Source: Azolla caroliniana
Taxonomy: Eukaryota > Plantae > Polypodiophyta
Direction of reading: 5' to 3'
Assembly: GCA_043228905.1 (NCBI GenBank)
Contig: JBHGNT010000017.1
Location: forward strand, 1,302,001 to 1,366,000
Length of the DNA: 64,000 bases
A program made the position numbers and the translations under genes. The first letter of the stretch is position 1. Each line of letters starts with the position of its first letter. Below the pieces are notes generated by a model. It had not been told where the DNA came from. It saw only the letters and a list, made by a program, of their open reading frames with translations, and did no database searches. Below, piece after piece: positions 37,869-51,504 of the stretch.

Positions 37869-39955
37869 CATATGTGGAATATTCAATGACAATCAAGAAG
37901 GAAGATAGGGTTCGCTGGGTCCAAATCATGCTTTCGAAGTATTCCATAAACTTCTTAGCTTCAAAGTTCCTTTTAAAAAATGCTTAATACATGTTCATTT
38001 TTCAAAGAGAGACCTTTGTAAAGATCTACCATGAGATTATAATTATATTTGGACTATCTCGTATCTTTTGTAAATTGCATTATGTGAATGGGGCATTGCA
38101 AGTTTTAGTTTTTGCCTCTTTACTATCAGTAGTCTGGTATCTTTGCATTAGCCACAAAATTCTAGGGCTATTTAAGAATTTTCACTTTACAAGAATGCCA
38201 CAATTATGCATGACATGGATGTCATGAAGGTCGGATTATATATAAACCAAATGCGAAAGTGGGAGACCTAAATTTGTATGCATTGAATGTATAATGGTAG
38301 TAAGGATCTCAACTTTGTTAAGCAATGACTCATACGCACTTTATTTTATTTGTTCTTTAATCATCGTAACCATTGTCATTAATGCCATGGGCCCACGACC
38401 ATTGATGATTGGGACATTGTCATTGTCATTGCCATTGCCAACATTCACAACATGATTTGAGTCACTGTGTGCCACAGAGTGTTATTATATGTTGTATTGT
38501 ACATGGGAAAAATATAATTGGGAGTTGGGGTTTGTCAATGGTTTAAGGTTATGATGTATGATGGCCCACCATAGTGTGGAGGATGTAAACGAATGCCTAA
38601 GGGGTTTTTTGAAATGATATAATCAAAACATAAGAACAAAGAGATAGGATTTTGCCTCACATACCTATAATTTTCAATAGTAAATCGGTTTATATTGTTT
38701 CCCAAAGAGCATTGGATGAATCCAAGAGACCTTGAAGCAAAAATGGCCAAATTAGGGAGAGGTGAAATGTGACTTTTCATTTTTTGTGGTATGTTATACC
38801 ACATGCAATGGAGCAATTTGGGAATGTTAGAGCGACCCCAAATGCTATGAGACACCATTGATACATGATAAAAATAGATTCGATAGATAAAAACTAAGGA
38901 GATGAGGTCCTTTCTACGCCAATTGCATCCGAGATCTTCTGCACATCATTGCTTAAAACGTGTGGTAATTTGGGACACTTTTTAGTAGAATGTTGATAGG
39001 CAAAAATACTAGAGGTTTCTAAAACTCCTATTGATAAGCCATTCCCAGAGCATGTAGCAAATGAAAGGAACAAGTAAGAAAAATCAGCACGCATTCGTTT
39101 TGGGACAAAAATAAACACGAGTTGAAGAAAAGGCAATATACTATAAAAGGGCTCATGCCCATGACAAACCTCGCGAGGTACACAAGGGAGGAAGGTCAAG
39201 CATCTCCTTAATGACAAGATGGGTGTGAACTTCTCCAGGGATCCTGCTACGTTATTACCCAAACCTACATTGTCACGATGAAAATCGTAAAGAAATGAAA
39301 AATCATAGACTCGACCAACTGCTAGAACTTGAACATGTTAAGAACGATGGCAATGCTGGAGGAACGAAACATGGGGAGCTAGAAATCCTTCCCAGAGGAA
39401 CTGGGGCATCGATGGTTGACACATGAAGCAAGTCATCATCATCATCATTACGACACCAGTCAACCGCATATGGAATCAAGCCTCTTCTTTTGTGCCTAGG
39501 GTCTTCACGCTTCTGTTCGTGGGTTTTCTTGAAAGCTTTCTCTACCGGCCGACCAGAATGACCGTGGTGGTGTGGTCAGGTCGATCGGACAGTGGAATCA
39601 GACAAATGGTGGTTTTGTGGAGGCAGTTTTCCATTTGCCGGATATCGGAGACTTGACGGCCAGCCGGCAGACACCAGTCCCTCTCTGCTAATAGTACGTA
39701 ATATACTCGAATGCATTGGCAAACATTCGTTTCCATACGCATGTAAACGAATGCGGACGTTATCAAAACATTCTTATGTTTTTTTTTATTACACTTTTTA
39801 CCTTAAAAAGAAATCTTCCCTTATAATAAATAATAATGAATACAAAAGTACATATGGTATTTTCCATTCTTGGAGGGTGTTTACTATTCGCGAATGATAT
39901 ACCATTCGCGAACGTGAAAGACACGTATGGTGCGTATGGTTCATACTATGCAGAC

Positions 39956-40003
<48 letters not shown>

Positions 40004-40046
40004 GTCTGTCTGTCTGTCTCCTCAGTCTCCTCCTCCTGCTCTCGCC

Positions 40047-43000
40047 ATGGCGTCTGACCTCCACCCCCTGCCAGTCTCTCAGGCCCCCAGGTCATCCGCC
40101 ATGGCATCCTTCTTCGATGACGACGACGGCCGTGATTCCTCCACCCCCCTCTGGTTCAACAAAGGAGCTTTCACTCACCATAGCTTCAACAGCGAAGCCT
40201 ACATCGCCGATCTGCGGAAGTTCGTCCCTCTCGATACCCTCCGTTCCGAACTCCGAAGCCATCTTCGTCTCCTCAAAGGTGAGCTCGTCGAGCTTATCAA
40301 CCGAGATTATGCAGATTTCGTTAATCTTAGCACGAAGCTCGTGGATGTGGATGGTGCTGTTCTGAGGATGAGATCTCCTCTGAACGATCTGAGAAGTAAG
40401 CTTCTTCTCGTGAAAGAAAGTGTGGATGCTTCGCTCTCTGCTCTTCAAGATGGACTCAAGCGTAGGGCGGAAGCTTCTCAGGCTCGTGAGATCTTGGAAA
40501 TCTTGCTTGACACTTCTCATGTTGTTTCTAAGGTGTGCGTTGCTCTCTCTCCCTCTCTCTCCCTCAAAATGTTTCATCATATGTTTCTGATGTTCTGGAT
40601 TGAGACATAGGTATACATTGTGTATCTGTCTCTCCATGGACACAGACTAGGCATTTCTTGTCTTTCTCTTTGAACACCAACCAGAAGTTTGGAAATCCTC
40701 ACCGGTGAAGTTTCCATTAGATGTTGGTACATATTGTACATATTCCTTAATGTTTTTCTCTTCAAATGCTTATCTGAAGCTTGAAGATCTCGTTGAGAAG
40801 TTCATCCCGTAGATATAGATATATGCTATGAAATGCTTCAAAAGCTTATCGGTGGGAGATTCTCCATTAGATGCAGGTATATATATGCAGATTAGGTATG
40901 CGTTCTCTTCCAATTCACACCCTTTACCAGAAGTTAGAAATTTTCTCTTTGAGAAATTCTCCATTAGATTTAGATTTATGTTTTTCATGCTGTATCCAGG
41001 GTACGTGCTTCTATCCTCTTCAAATGCTCATCAGAAGTTTGAACATTTTCATGTAGAAGACCCTCTGAGATTTCTAAGCTCCTAAAATGCTCAATGTACG
41101 TTGGCTGAAATCCACCTTTTTATGTACTAATAATGTGATCAGAAAGAATTAATTCTTCTTAGGAAATCAATTATCTAGCATCATTTATATGAATGCCTAT
41201 TTGGCATTGTAAACTTCCACAGAGGTGGAAATGTTCTCATGAAACAAGGATGAATTGCTTTCTATACATGCTTGACTTAGGGGACCGAGAAGACCACATC
41301 ATTTACTGAATCACTCATTCTAAAACAAATAATGGTGGTGAACAGAAAAGTTATGCTGTTTGCAAACATCTATACATAAAACAACTTTGTATTTCTTGGC
41401 TGCTACATTATCAGATTGAAAAGCTTTTGGTGGAGCTCAAGAATATGTCTGAAGATGGTTCCACAACTACAAAAGGATATAACTTATCATCTCTTAGCAA
41501 TGGTGGGGTTGAAGAGCCTGCTGCCTCGATTGTGGAATCTCGAAGCAGGCTTCTGGAAAGAATTGCAAGTGAAATGAATCGGTTGAACTTCTTTGTTGCA
41601 CGAGTCCAGGTAAAATTTCATCAATATCTTGGATCAATGTGAGATAAATACCAAACCTAGTCTAGGTATTTCTATATTTTTCTACTCTTTTTTAGTCCGT
41701 CATGGAGTATGTACATCATTTACGTGGAGTAAGCCGACTTATTGCCGTTATATGCCCGTCTCCAAACCTTAGTGTAGATAACTCTATATTTGTCCACTCC
41801 TCTTTAGTCCATCATGGATTGTTTACATCATATATGTGGAGCCAATAGGCAGCAGTTCTTTCTCTTATGGATTTTCTATGCCACCTTATTTTGCGGAGTT
41901 CAACTGGGTCTTTATGCATTTATTTTCTATACCTGCTATGTATTCAGTTCTGCATTTGCTACACGTGTTGCTGACTATTAGACTGTAGCATAACATTCAG
42001 GCATTCAGTCACTTTGAATGCATTGCTTAGCTATGTCTCTTTTACTCAGGACTTGCCATTTGCTCAAAAAATGGAGAAAAAAATCCAGAATGATTCCACT
42101 TTCTTGAATTCTAGCTTGTGAGAAGGCTTTGTTGTGTACTTCTACTCAGTTCTGCATATGATACAAATGTGTTGACTACTAGACTGTAGTATAACTTTCA
42201 GGCATTTGGTCGCTTTTAATGCATTATTAGCTCTGTATATTTTATTCAGGACCTGCCATTTGTTCAAAACATGGAGAAAAGAATCCAAAATGCAAGCACT
42301 TCCTTGAAATCTAGCTTGTGGGAGTGCTTTGAGGTTGGCTTGAAAGAGCGGAATGAAGCCATTATTTTCCGCTGTCTTCGTGCTTATGCAGCCATTGATA
42401 ATACCAAAGGGGCACATGAGGTGTTTAGGCTATTTGTCGTAGCTCCAATAATGGAACAAGTTTTCTCTGCCACTGAAACTGATGCTGGCCCTAGTGATTT
42501 TCTTGAGGAGTATCTGAATGAGATACGGCGTCGTGTTGAAAATGAGTGCAAATTTCTTCTTGACATTTCTATGACTGGTATCTAAAGAATCATTAGGTCT
42601 TTTAATGGATGTTGTAGATTACGTCATTTATTGTTTCCATCCTTTGTAAATGTACTATTCAGCAAATTCTGGAGCGCAAGCTTTTGATTTCCTGGGTAGT
42701 TCAATATTGAAAGAGTTGCATAACACAATTCAAAAGAAGAAGCCTGGAGCTTTCTCACCAGGGAAACCTTCTGTCTTTCTTGCAAATTACAAAGCTTGCT
42801 TAGAGTTCCTGGATTACCTTGAAGGTATAACAGAGTTATATCATTTGCTATCGAACTTGCCAGATTTTGACTAAGCTACTGAATGGTAAGATAATTTCTT
42901 GCTTTGTTTCAGGTCATTGTCCATCCAAAGCAGCAATTGCAACTTTCCGTTCTCAACCACCATATACTGACTTCTTGAAACAGTGGAATCTTGGTGTTTA

Positions 43001-46000
43001 TTTTACTTTAAGGTACATCACATCTTTGCAAAATTTATAATGTAGATTAATATCAGAATAGCAGATGACTGTGTAGGAATTGATAGTTTCCTGTGCACCC
43101 TTTGTGTTAACGCTGGCAGTTCCTGTATCAAGGCTGTGATTAGTCTGGTCTTTTAAACACATGTGTAATTGTTATTTGGGTATCATTGATCATTTTAGAT
43201 GTGAATCTCTTGTTTCTCTTATTAGGGTTGCGAAGTTTTTGATAACCCATGCACCTGGATTAAAATATCATATATAGTAGATGCCACTTTGTTATGTAGG
43301 GGTTGAAGGTAAGCGAAGTTTTTGATAAGCCATGCACCTGGATTAAAATATCATATATGTACTACTGCAGTAGATGCCACTTTGTTATGTAGGGGTTGAA
43401 TGCATGACCTTCTGGTCGCTTCTGGACAACCTTACAAACTGGATGTAAATGTGTATGTCTGTTTCTCTTTCTGTACAAAGATATTCGAATGTTACAGTTA
43501 TGTCCTCGCTATGCAGATCCAGAAGTAGCCTCTTGTTATATATCTGACACTCATATCTGCTATCCCTATAGGAATGCATGATTCTGTAGCCTCAAAGTTA
43601 CACTTCCCATCTTTCTCCTCAGTTATCCCCCCATTATGGTTTCACTATTGATTCTTATGTTTTATATTGTATGTTTTATTTTTACTATGGAAACCAAAGG
43701 ATCAAATTCATGCACATGTTTAGCCCCATATAATGGTTTCGACCATTGACCTTTAGTAGAGAAAAATTTGTATTTCTTTCATCGTAGGAGAATAAAACAT
43801 GGGTTACATTTCATGGATGCCCATTTCGTGATTTATTTGTCTTGTTTTTGAATATTTTTTTGTTCATCTATGATTGTTTTCTTCATAAAGGGATTTGTCT
43901 TTACAAGTGATATATCTTTGTTTCCCTAGGTTTCAAGAGATTGCTGGTGATCTTGATAACACATTGAACACGAGAAGTTTAGAGCGCAATCCAAATAATT
44001 TACTAGGTCTAGCGCTCTCGTCTAGTGCATCGCTTGAGCGTTGTCTCTTGAAATGTTGGCAGACGGATGTCTTTGTTCATTCTCTATCGGATAAGTTCTT
44101 TGGACTAACACTGCAACTTATTTCAAGGTATAAGCTATGGGCCTGATACTCAAATCTCGTGAGGTGAGTTGAAGGAATGCCTAATATTTGTTTTCTTGAC
44201 ACAGATATTCTGCATGGATTTTGGCAGGGTTAGAGGCAAGGCAACCTGACAGTAATACAACTGGAGCAGAATGGGCATTGACAGCGTCTCCAGAGGATTT
44301 TTTGCTTGTAAGTGCTATAATTTAGGAATTCATACATAGTGCTCAGTGCGTAGAGACAGATAAACAATCTACCACATAGACTCTAGACTTATGTGTAATT
44401 GATGGAACGTTTATGCCTGCATCACTTGTTTCTGGAATCTGGAATCTCATCATCCCTCCTGTATCATATCTCTTCTGATGTTTGTCCCCTTTCACAGGAT
44501 CTCTTGTCTTTCGTGTTTTACCTGTACTGTACATTTTGGATGTATGCCCTTTCCATGTTTGGAAGAGAATGTATGCTGTTCTGATGTTTGGAGGGTGTTA
44601 TTTTTATATTCATTGTTTGGCATTGTATCCAGCTTTAAGTCTTTCAAACAAAATCTAGGAGCCACTCACATGCTAGACAATAATTGTGGATTGATAGTTG
44701 TTTTTGACCCTATGTTGCTATCCATTTTTTCAAAGTTTTCAGGGTTGTATTCTCTAGTTTTAGAGGATGCTTGGCAATAAATATGGCAGCTGGTCACTTG
44801 GAACTAGTATTTTAATTTTGCATTATTTTATTTGTCAGAAAAACTATTGGATATTGTACATTTGTAATATGATTGGTTCTCATAAAAATGCTATCTTCAG
44901 TTCTGAATGCTCTTGTGCACCTGATTTTGTGTTTTCTAACAGGTTAAACATGACATAGGACTTCTAGTAAGAATGCTTAAGGGCTCGTATATGGACAATA
45001 TTGCCAACCTTTTCTCTTCAGCACCTGAAGAGATTGTCACTGTTGTTCGAGAAAGCATTCATCAAGGAGCAGATTCTTTAATGGATGTTATACCTTCTCT
45101 TAGAAATGCTTTGTCTGATATTTTTGTCAAAAAGTGTGCTGAGGTATGCTTTTATGTGTGCTTTCTGTGTAAGTTGGCGTGCACTTTCTAGAATTATTAG
45201 TAAAAGAAGCCTTCCTTTTGGCTTCCGTGACAGGTCTTGACACAATTGAAAGGTATCACAGCAACATATTGGATGACAAACAAACCTTTGCCTGTGAGAT
45301 ATTCTCCATATGTTACTGGCATTTTGCAACCACTTCAGGTTTGATTAAGTCCACCTTTTAATTATTTGTTCTTTCTATAATTTCTGTTCTTCATTGCTAT
45401 ATCAGAACAAAACTAAACACAGAAAGTTTACCAGAAGTTGCAATATTTGGTAATAACATGGCTACAATTCTCTATTATATTGGGGTTCATTTACAATACA
45501 ATCTCTTACCTTAAATGTAACAGAAAAGGCTGAAGTGTCTTTTGACAGACTAATTAAATTTGGTTGTGTGAACTGATCATTCCTCACAGGCATTGTCAGA
45601 AGGTGAGTACTCATCATATCTATCAGATGACGATAGAATAAAGATAGTCACAGGCATTGCGGAACGAGTTACATCTCGATTTGATGAGCTTGCAAGGGAA
45701 CTTGTGACTGCAGTAAGTTCCATTTTACATGCATGATTTAATATCATCAAATCTAATTTGAATACCAATCTATGATCTTGAACTTTGACATGCAGACTCG
45801 GAAGACTGAGTCGTCTTTGCTGCGACTAAGGCAAGGTGTTTTAAAGAGAGGATCTGCAGGGACAGATTCTGGAGAATCTAATATTTCAGCTACTGACAAG
45901 ATATGCCGACAACTATACCTTGATGTGCAGGTTGAAAATTTTGAGATCTCTATGCCCTTCTTTTGTAATTTGATTATATGTTATATTTGTGAAGCCCGTG

Positions 46001-46248
46001 TTTGTTAGTAATTCATTATATGCTCATATTATTCATTTGCTATGTGATGCAATATTTGTGAAACCTGTAATTCATTATTGATATATGGTATGTGTGAAAC
46101 CTATATTCTATGATAATACATACAGGAATATGGACATCGATTGAATTCTATTGGCATAACAGCAGAAGAATTACCTGCCTATGTTTCGTTATGGCAATGT
46201 GTGGCCCCAGAAGCACAAGATGCAACCGAATCAGATAGGAAGGGATAG
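40047..46248 (+). CDS. COG2: Conserved oligomeric Golgi complex subunit 2, about 752 aa; exons 40047-40532, 41415-41609, 42250-42577, 42663-42824, 42913-43012, 43930-44127, 44205-44307, 44943-45143, 45234-45338, 45590-45712, 45796-45930, 46126-46248
   Basis: N-terminal COG2 domain (YIADLRKFVPLDTLRSEL...ELVELINRDYADFVNLST), PGAFSPGKP, QWNLGVYFTLRFQEIA, RKTESSL and DKICRQLYLDVQEYG. Exon phases add up to one open frame. Confidence 0.93.
43370..43450 (-). mobile_element. Second copy of the tRNA-derived SINE-like element, in a COG2 intron next to a small tandem duplication
   Basis: Reverse complement aaggttgtccagaagcgaccagaaggtcatgcattcaaccc matches 29274-29313. Confidence 0.65.
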
Positions 46249-46741
46249 GGCGGGAACATATATATATATATATTTTCTCTTAACAACCTAAGTTGCTTAC
46301 AGAAAGAATTAAGCTCTTACCTACTTAAATGATCAAACTATGGAGTTATGAACCGTCAGAATGGAATGTGCACTAAGCTGTAAGAAGGTTTTTCCTAAGT
46401 TTCTTTCTATCCAACAGGGCTCAACATTGTACCCGTTAATTCATCTTGTAACAAAGTTTTCTTATCAATTTTAATTATCGAGATATCTTTTCCCAATATT
46501 CTTTTGTATCGAAGAGAGACCAACAAAGAGATTAATTTTCATTCATTTGCAAACGTGCAATATAAAGTTGCATTGTTGTTTAAGTTCCATTTTGCTACAG
46601 TATGGTTTTTTATGCACAATCCAAAGTGATTTTTGCTGTGCACAAAATATGCCTTTTGTTTTAGACATTTGTATTTCCTTATTGTAATTATTGAACTAAA
46701 GCATATATATGAACTTATTGAACTTATTGTAATTATTGAAC

Positions 46742-47243
46742 AAGCACAATTAATCATTTGCTATGACAATATACCATCTTTTCTTCAGTTGGATTGAATA
46801 ATGTTACAAAATAATTGCAAGGTCACCAACAAGAACAAGATGTGTCTTTGTGAATATCAATTAATCAGTTATGTAACGCAGATCCCTGGACGTGAATACC
46901 AAGGATTCAGAAGGGATGTTATTAAATACAACTGTTATTATACTCAACATGAACATAAAGGATTCAGAGGGATTGAAGTGAACTATTCTTATCCGGAGCT
47001 TCTATTTTAGTGTAGTTTCTGTATTGTTCACAGGAACCAACTACCAACTAGAATGGACAAAACTAAATCTTAAGGTGGTGTTGCATGGTACTTTTGCCCA
47101 TCGTATCTTAAGTTTTGAAAATAAATTATGTTGATAAAAGTACAGTACATTATAGTAGCATGGTTACAAATTCAATGAGAAAAATCATGCCTTTCTTTTG
47201 ATCTATCAAATTGTGCTGTCATAGCAAATGATTAATTGTGCTT
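46742..47243. mobile_element. Candidate MITE with perfect 27-bp terminal inverted repeats, between the COG2 and NEAP 3' ends
   Basis: aagcacaattaatcatttgctatgaca (46742-46768) and tgtcatagcaaatgattaattgtgctt (47217-47243). No clear target-site duplication. Confidence 0.6.
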
Positions 47244-47642
47244 ATTCTTATTAATTCGATGTGTCTCATCCCATGTATATGATTGCTGATGCTAATTAAT
47301 TTTACCCATTTGATTTGTTATCTGTAAGTTCATTTACAAATAAATAACAGTGGTGCTTTGATTCATTCACATATGATTTCTATCTTGATGCATATTTTTG
47401 CAATCATTCCTTAATCAAGATTAGGTTGACAAGTTTTGACCATTCTAGTTTTTGCATCAGAGTTGAAGTGACATTGTTTGAAATGACACTTTTCATGTTG
47501 GGAGGTCATTTTGACATTTTGACTTCATTTATATTTTTATGCACTTTTACCTCATAATGTCCAATTTCATCTCATTTAGCAGCAATTCTGACCTTTACTC
47601 TTTGTTTTGGTTTTCAAGTTTATTTGCTTCTGACTTCCCAAA

Positions 47643-49273
47643 CTATCGCTTAGCATACAAGAGTAGACCAACAACTGATAGAGATAGAAATAGTCTAAGC
47701 TTTGGGTTCCCCCATATGCCTAGGATATCCCTCTTTGGAGTGATATCATTGTAATGTATTTGAGCTTGTAAATCTTTTATTTCTTTGTCTCTTTTCTGAA
47801 CAATCTGTAGTCCACAAACGTATGTGTCCTACGGTTAGTACATAGGACCATTTTTCAAATATAGGAACGATACAATGTTATCATCTTAGCAGCAATTAAA
47901 AAGAGTGTTACATCTTAGACTTTCAGCTTCTTCACACATATCTTAGTTTAAAAAGCAATTATATAGTCATATCATCATTTTCACAATCATGAGTGCTATT
48001 TGAGCAAATTATAAGGTCAATTCATCTCCCTTTTCCCTCTTGCCAGGATAGACCAGAAGTTACTTGGGGAAATAACAGAGATTCAGGCTTTTTGCCTTGA
48101 AGTATCCGTTCAAATATGTGTGTATAGATGTATGTATGCATGTGTATATATAAGCTATTCATTTATGTTGAAGTAGAAGTAAAAATATATAGGTATGTAT
48201 GTGTATATATTAGCTATTCATTTATGTTGAAGTAGAAGTAGAAATATATATGTATGTATGTGTATATATTAGCTATTCATTTATGTTGAAGTAGAAGTAG
48301 AAATATATATGTATGTATGTGTATATATTAGCTATTCATTTATGTTGAAGTAGAAGAAGAAATATATGTGTTTGTGTATGTATATCACTCTCTGAGAGGA
48401 TATTCATGACAACCTTTTGGACTTTCCGTGTTTGAGCCCTAGCTTCTTGCACCCAGAACTCAAACTTCATGATCTTTTTCGTCAGGTCCTGTTCTACTGC
48501 TCGGTGCCTCTCTATCTGATAATTCTCAGACAAGAAGATAAAGAACAAAAGAAGGTAAACATAATTATTGAATAATATTTACAAAATTTTCCTGATAGAC
48601 CACCCAGGGAAATTTTACTACTTGACATCAAGAATGAAAAATGATGCTAAACCTGTGTTTCAAGCTCTTGGGCTTTCATTTTCACTTGAGATGATAACAA
48701 CTTGATTTTGTTTCTAGACCGAGCTATCTCATCATCTTTCAATTTCAAGCCCTTGGAGAGTTGCCGAGAGCACTCGAGCAAAAGCTCTTCAAGGAAACTA
48801 TCAGTTTCAGAGTCTTTCTTTTCTGTGCCAATATTCACAACCCTTTTTCCCATCTCTAATTTGTGAAGCTCAAATTTGGGCTGCTTCTCGCAGATGGCTT
48901 CTTCTTGAATTTTGATTTGATTGAAAAGAAGAAGTGCAAGGGCCTCGTGCTTCTGTAAATCTTTGGTTTTCCTCTCTATTTCCCTTTTCAGGGTTACACA
49001 TTGTACCTGAGCTGTGACAGCAGCTGCAGCATTAGCCTCTGCAATCTCCTGAGCTGATCCTAGGGATGCTTTTAGATCTACAAGCTCTCTTAGGTACTGT
49101 AGTTTCAGGAAAAGAGTTCAATCAATTTCTCATCACAATGAACAGCCAGCCATAACTAGTTACCATCGTACACACACACAAACACACACTCATCGGGGCT
49201 ATATCTTAATCTCTGTCAGAAAATACCTTTACTAAAAAAAAGATAAGCTAACTAGTTACTTGCTCACTCATTG

Positions 49274-49318
<45 letters not shown>

Positions 49319-49638
49319 GTATCCTACTATTAAAGCATATTTTAGTACCCCATGCATTTTGCATTTGGGTTCAAATATCCATAGCTACACCACTTTACTA
49401 GATGCCACTGTGGAATGTACGAACAGAGTTATTCAATCTATAATCTGCCATAAAGGAACTCATACATTTTGGTTCAAATATCACTAGCTGCACTACTTTA
49501 CTAAATGTCACTGTGGAATGTATGAGCAGAGATATTCAAACCATACACAATGTGCCATAAAGGAACCCATGCATTTGGGTTCAATTCTCACAAACTGCAC
49601 TACATTACTAGTTGCCACTTGTGGAATATATGACCAAT

Positions 49639-49713
<75 letters not shown>

Positions 49714-50617
49714 TCAGAAGAGGTGTCATGAAGACAAAGATGGTGTGGGTGTGTGCTGCTCAAGCGTATCCTCCCAACCGTAGAGGTATTCTGCATGTTC
49801 CCCTTACCCACTAAACACTACAGTAGCGTGTCCATACCTACTCCTAGTGACATCTTAGAATGACCTCCATGACACTTTCGGTAATGACAAAAGGTATTCA
49901 ATCTATATGTAATCTGCCAAAAAGGAATGACAATTAGAAGGAATCTAAGGAAGAATCAATCCATAATAAGCTTCTTTCCTGCTCAGATTTGTGTTCAACT
50001 GCCCACAACACACCTGTTGTGAAACTGATGATGTGGATATAGCATGAAAGGTTTTCTCATCCAGTCCTTTCTGCAAAGACTCCATCTCTTTCTCCATGGC
50101 CCTAGCCTCAGCTTCAGCAGCCTAAAAAGGAAAGAACAGAAAATAAAAACAATAAGGTTACCAGATAGATAATTAGAGTCACCTAATGAGCTACCTTATG
50201 TATGTAACCACATGAACAAACATTAGGGTTTACTTCATGAGAAAATTAGGGCGTTTACATAATGATCCAAGAGTAGAGTTACCTTTTAAAGGAAAAAAAA
50301 AAGACAACTAATGAACGAGTTAGGGTTTAGATGAACAAAATGAGGCTTTTCTCGATTAACGAATTAGCAGTCCTGATGAAACAATAAGCGTTTACCTTGT
50401 GATGAAAAAGAACTATTGTTACCAAATGCAGAAATTGGGGTTTTACCTTTCTAGCACCAGTTTCTTGCTGCAGGACTTCTTCCTTCATAGCCATTTGCGC
50501 GCGCGCTTCTCTGAGTTCTGAAGCCATCGATCCTATCTCCTTAGCGATCCTTAGGATGCTCTGCTTCTTCAAGTAAAGATCGTTGAGGAGAGAATTGGGC
50601 TCTGTAACGACAGGCAT
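47643..50617 (-). CDS. NEAP: Nuclear envelope-associated protein (NEAP)-like coiled-coil protein, about 328 aa; exons 50617-50447, 50121-50014, 49096-48653, 48515-48414, 47804-47643
   Basis: LLNDLYLKKQS..MASELREAR..QETGARK, KDDEIAR..ELETQ, DLTKKIMKFEFWVQEARAQTRKVQK, and C-terminus KRDKEIKDL...IWGNPKLRLFLSLSVVGLLLYAKR* (hydrophobic segment plus terminal KR, as in NEAPs). Junctions are in phase. Confidence 0.85.
48125..48385. repeat. Minisatellite, about 4 x 60 bp, in the last NEAP intron
   Basis: tatgtatgtgtatatattagctattcatttatgttgaagtagaagtagaaatata repeated. Confidence 0.9.
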
Positions 50618-50755
50618 TCTGAATGACAGGATTTAGGCGTATGTATGATTATGGTTAGGGCAAGGCTTATTGTTTAGGGTAGGGTAAAGATTGATTTTGA
50701 GGGCGAAGGTAAGGATTAATTTTAGGGTTACAGTAAGGGTTGATTTTTAGGGATC

Positions 50756-50794
50756 GGGTTGGGGTTAGGGTTAGGGTTAGGGTTAGGGTTAGGG
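50756..50794 (+). repeat. (TTAGGG)n hexamer tract upstream of the NEAP start
   Basis: ggggttagggttagggttagggttagggttagggg, five TTAGGG units. Confidence 0.85.
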
Positions 50795-51504
50795 GTAGTC
50801 CTTATGCATTGGGAGAGACCAAGACAGAGTTATGAGCCTCAACTGTCATAATGTTTGATGAAGTGAAAATACATTTAGGGAAATTACAAAAATGTCCTTC
50901 ATGTTTAGATTCCTTGTAAGATGAAATGTTGTATCCGGTTAGTTTTTCTGTTTCTGGGCAATTTTTAAGGTTCTCATTTCTTACAATCTTTTGGGTGAAA
51001 ATCTTTCATCCATATGTCTTAACATGTCCTATAAGTAAATAAGTAAATAAGTGATTGAATCTTTCATGTGCATGTTCTGATTACGTAAATAAGTGATTGA
51101 TTCTAAATGATAATGATTCCAATACCGCTCGAAAACGAGTTTTCTTCTTCTTCTTTTTTGTTATCTATCGATTGATCGCTTTGTAATTGGAAAGTGGCCA
51201 TGTCTTACTTACTCGGTCAATTGTGAAGCTTCATTTCCTTAGTATGCTTCTAGTTTTTGAATGTTTAAGACGAGGAATTAGAAGCTTAATTTTGTAATTA
51301 TACTTCTAATTAGGAAGTGGGTTTGCACAAATGAGGAAACTAAACACAATCTTAGATTAAATAAGCTGAGTTGTACTAAGGGACCAGGGTAGTGTTCGAT
51401 TCGCATCACCAAGACTAGGCGAATCAAATCGAGAACATTTACCAATATCATTCAACATTTTGATAATGCTCATGTTAGTGATGCTATTAAAAACAATAAT
51501 AAAT

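Noticed and set aside
40092-40643. 183-aa minus-strand ORF
   Set aside because: Antisense to GC-rich COG2 exon 1, with no independent signature.
51375-51432. GTTCGATTC B-box-like motif upstream of the tRNA-Leu pair
   Set aside because: No acceptor or anticodon stems can be formed, so it is not a tRNA.
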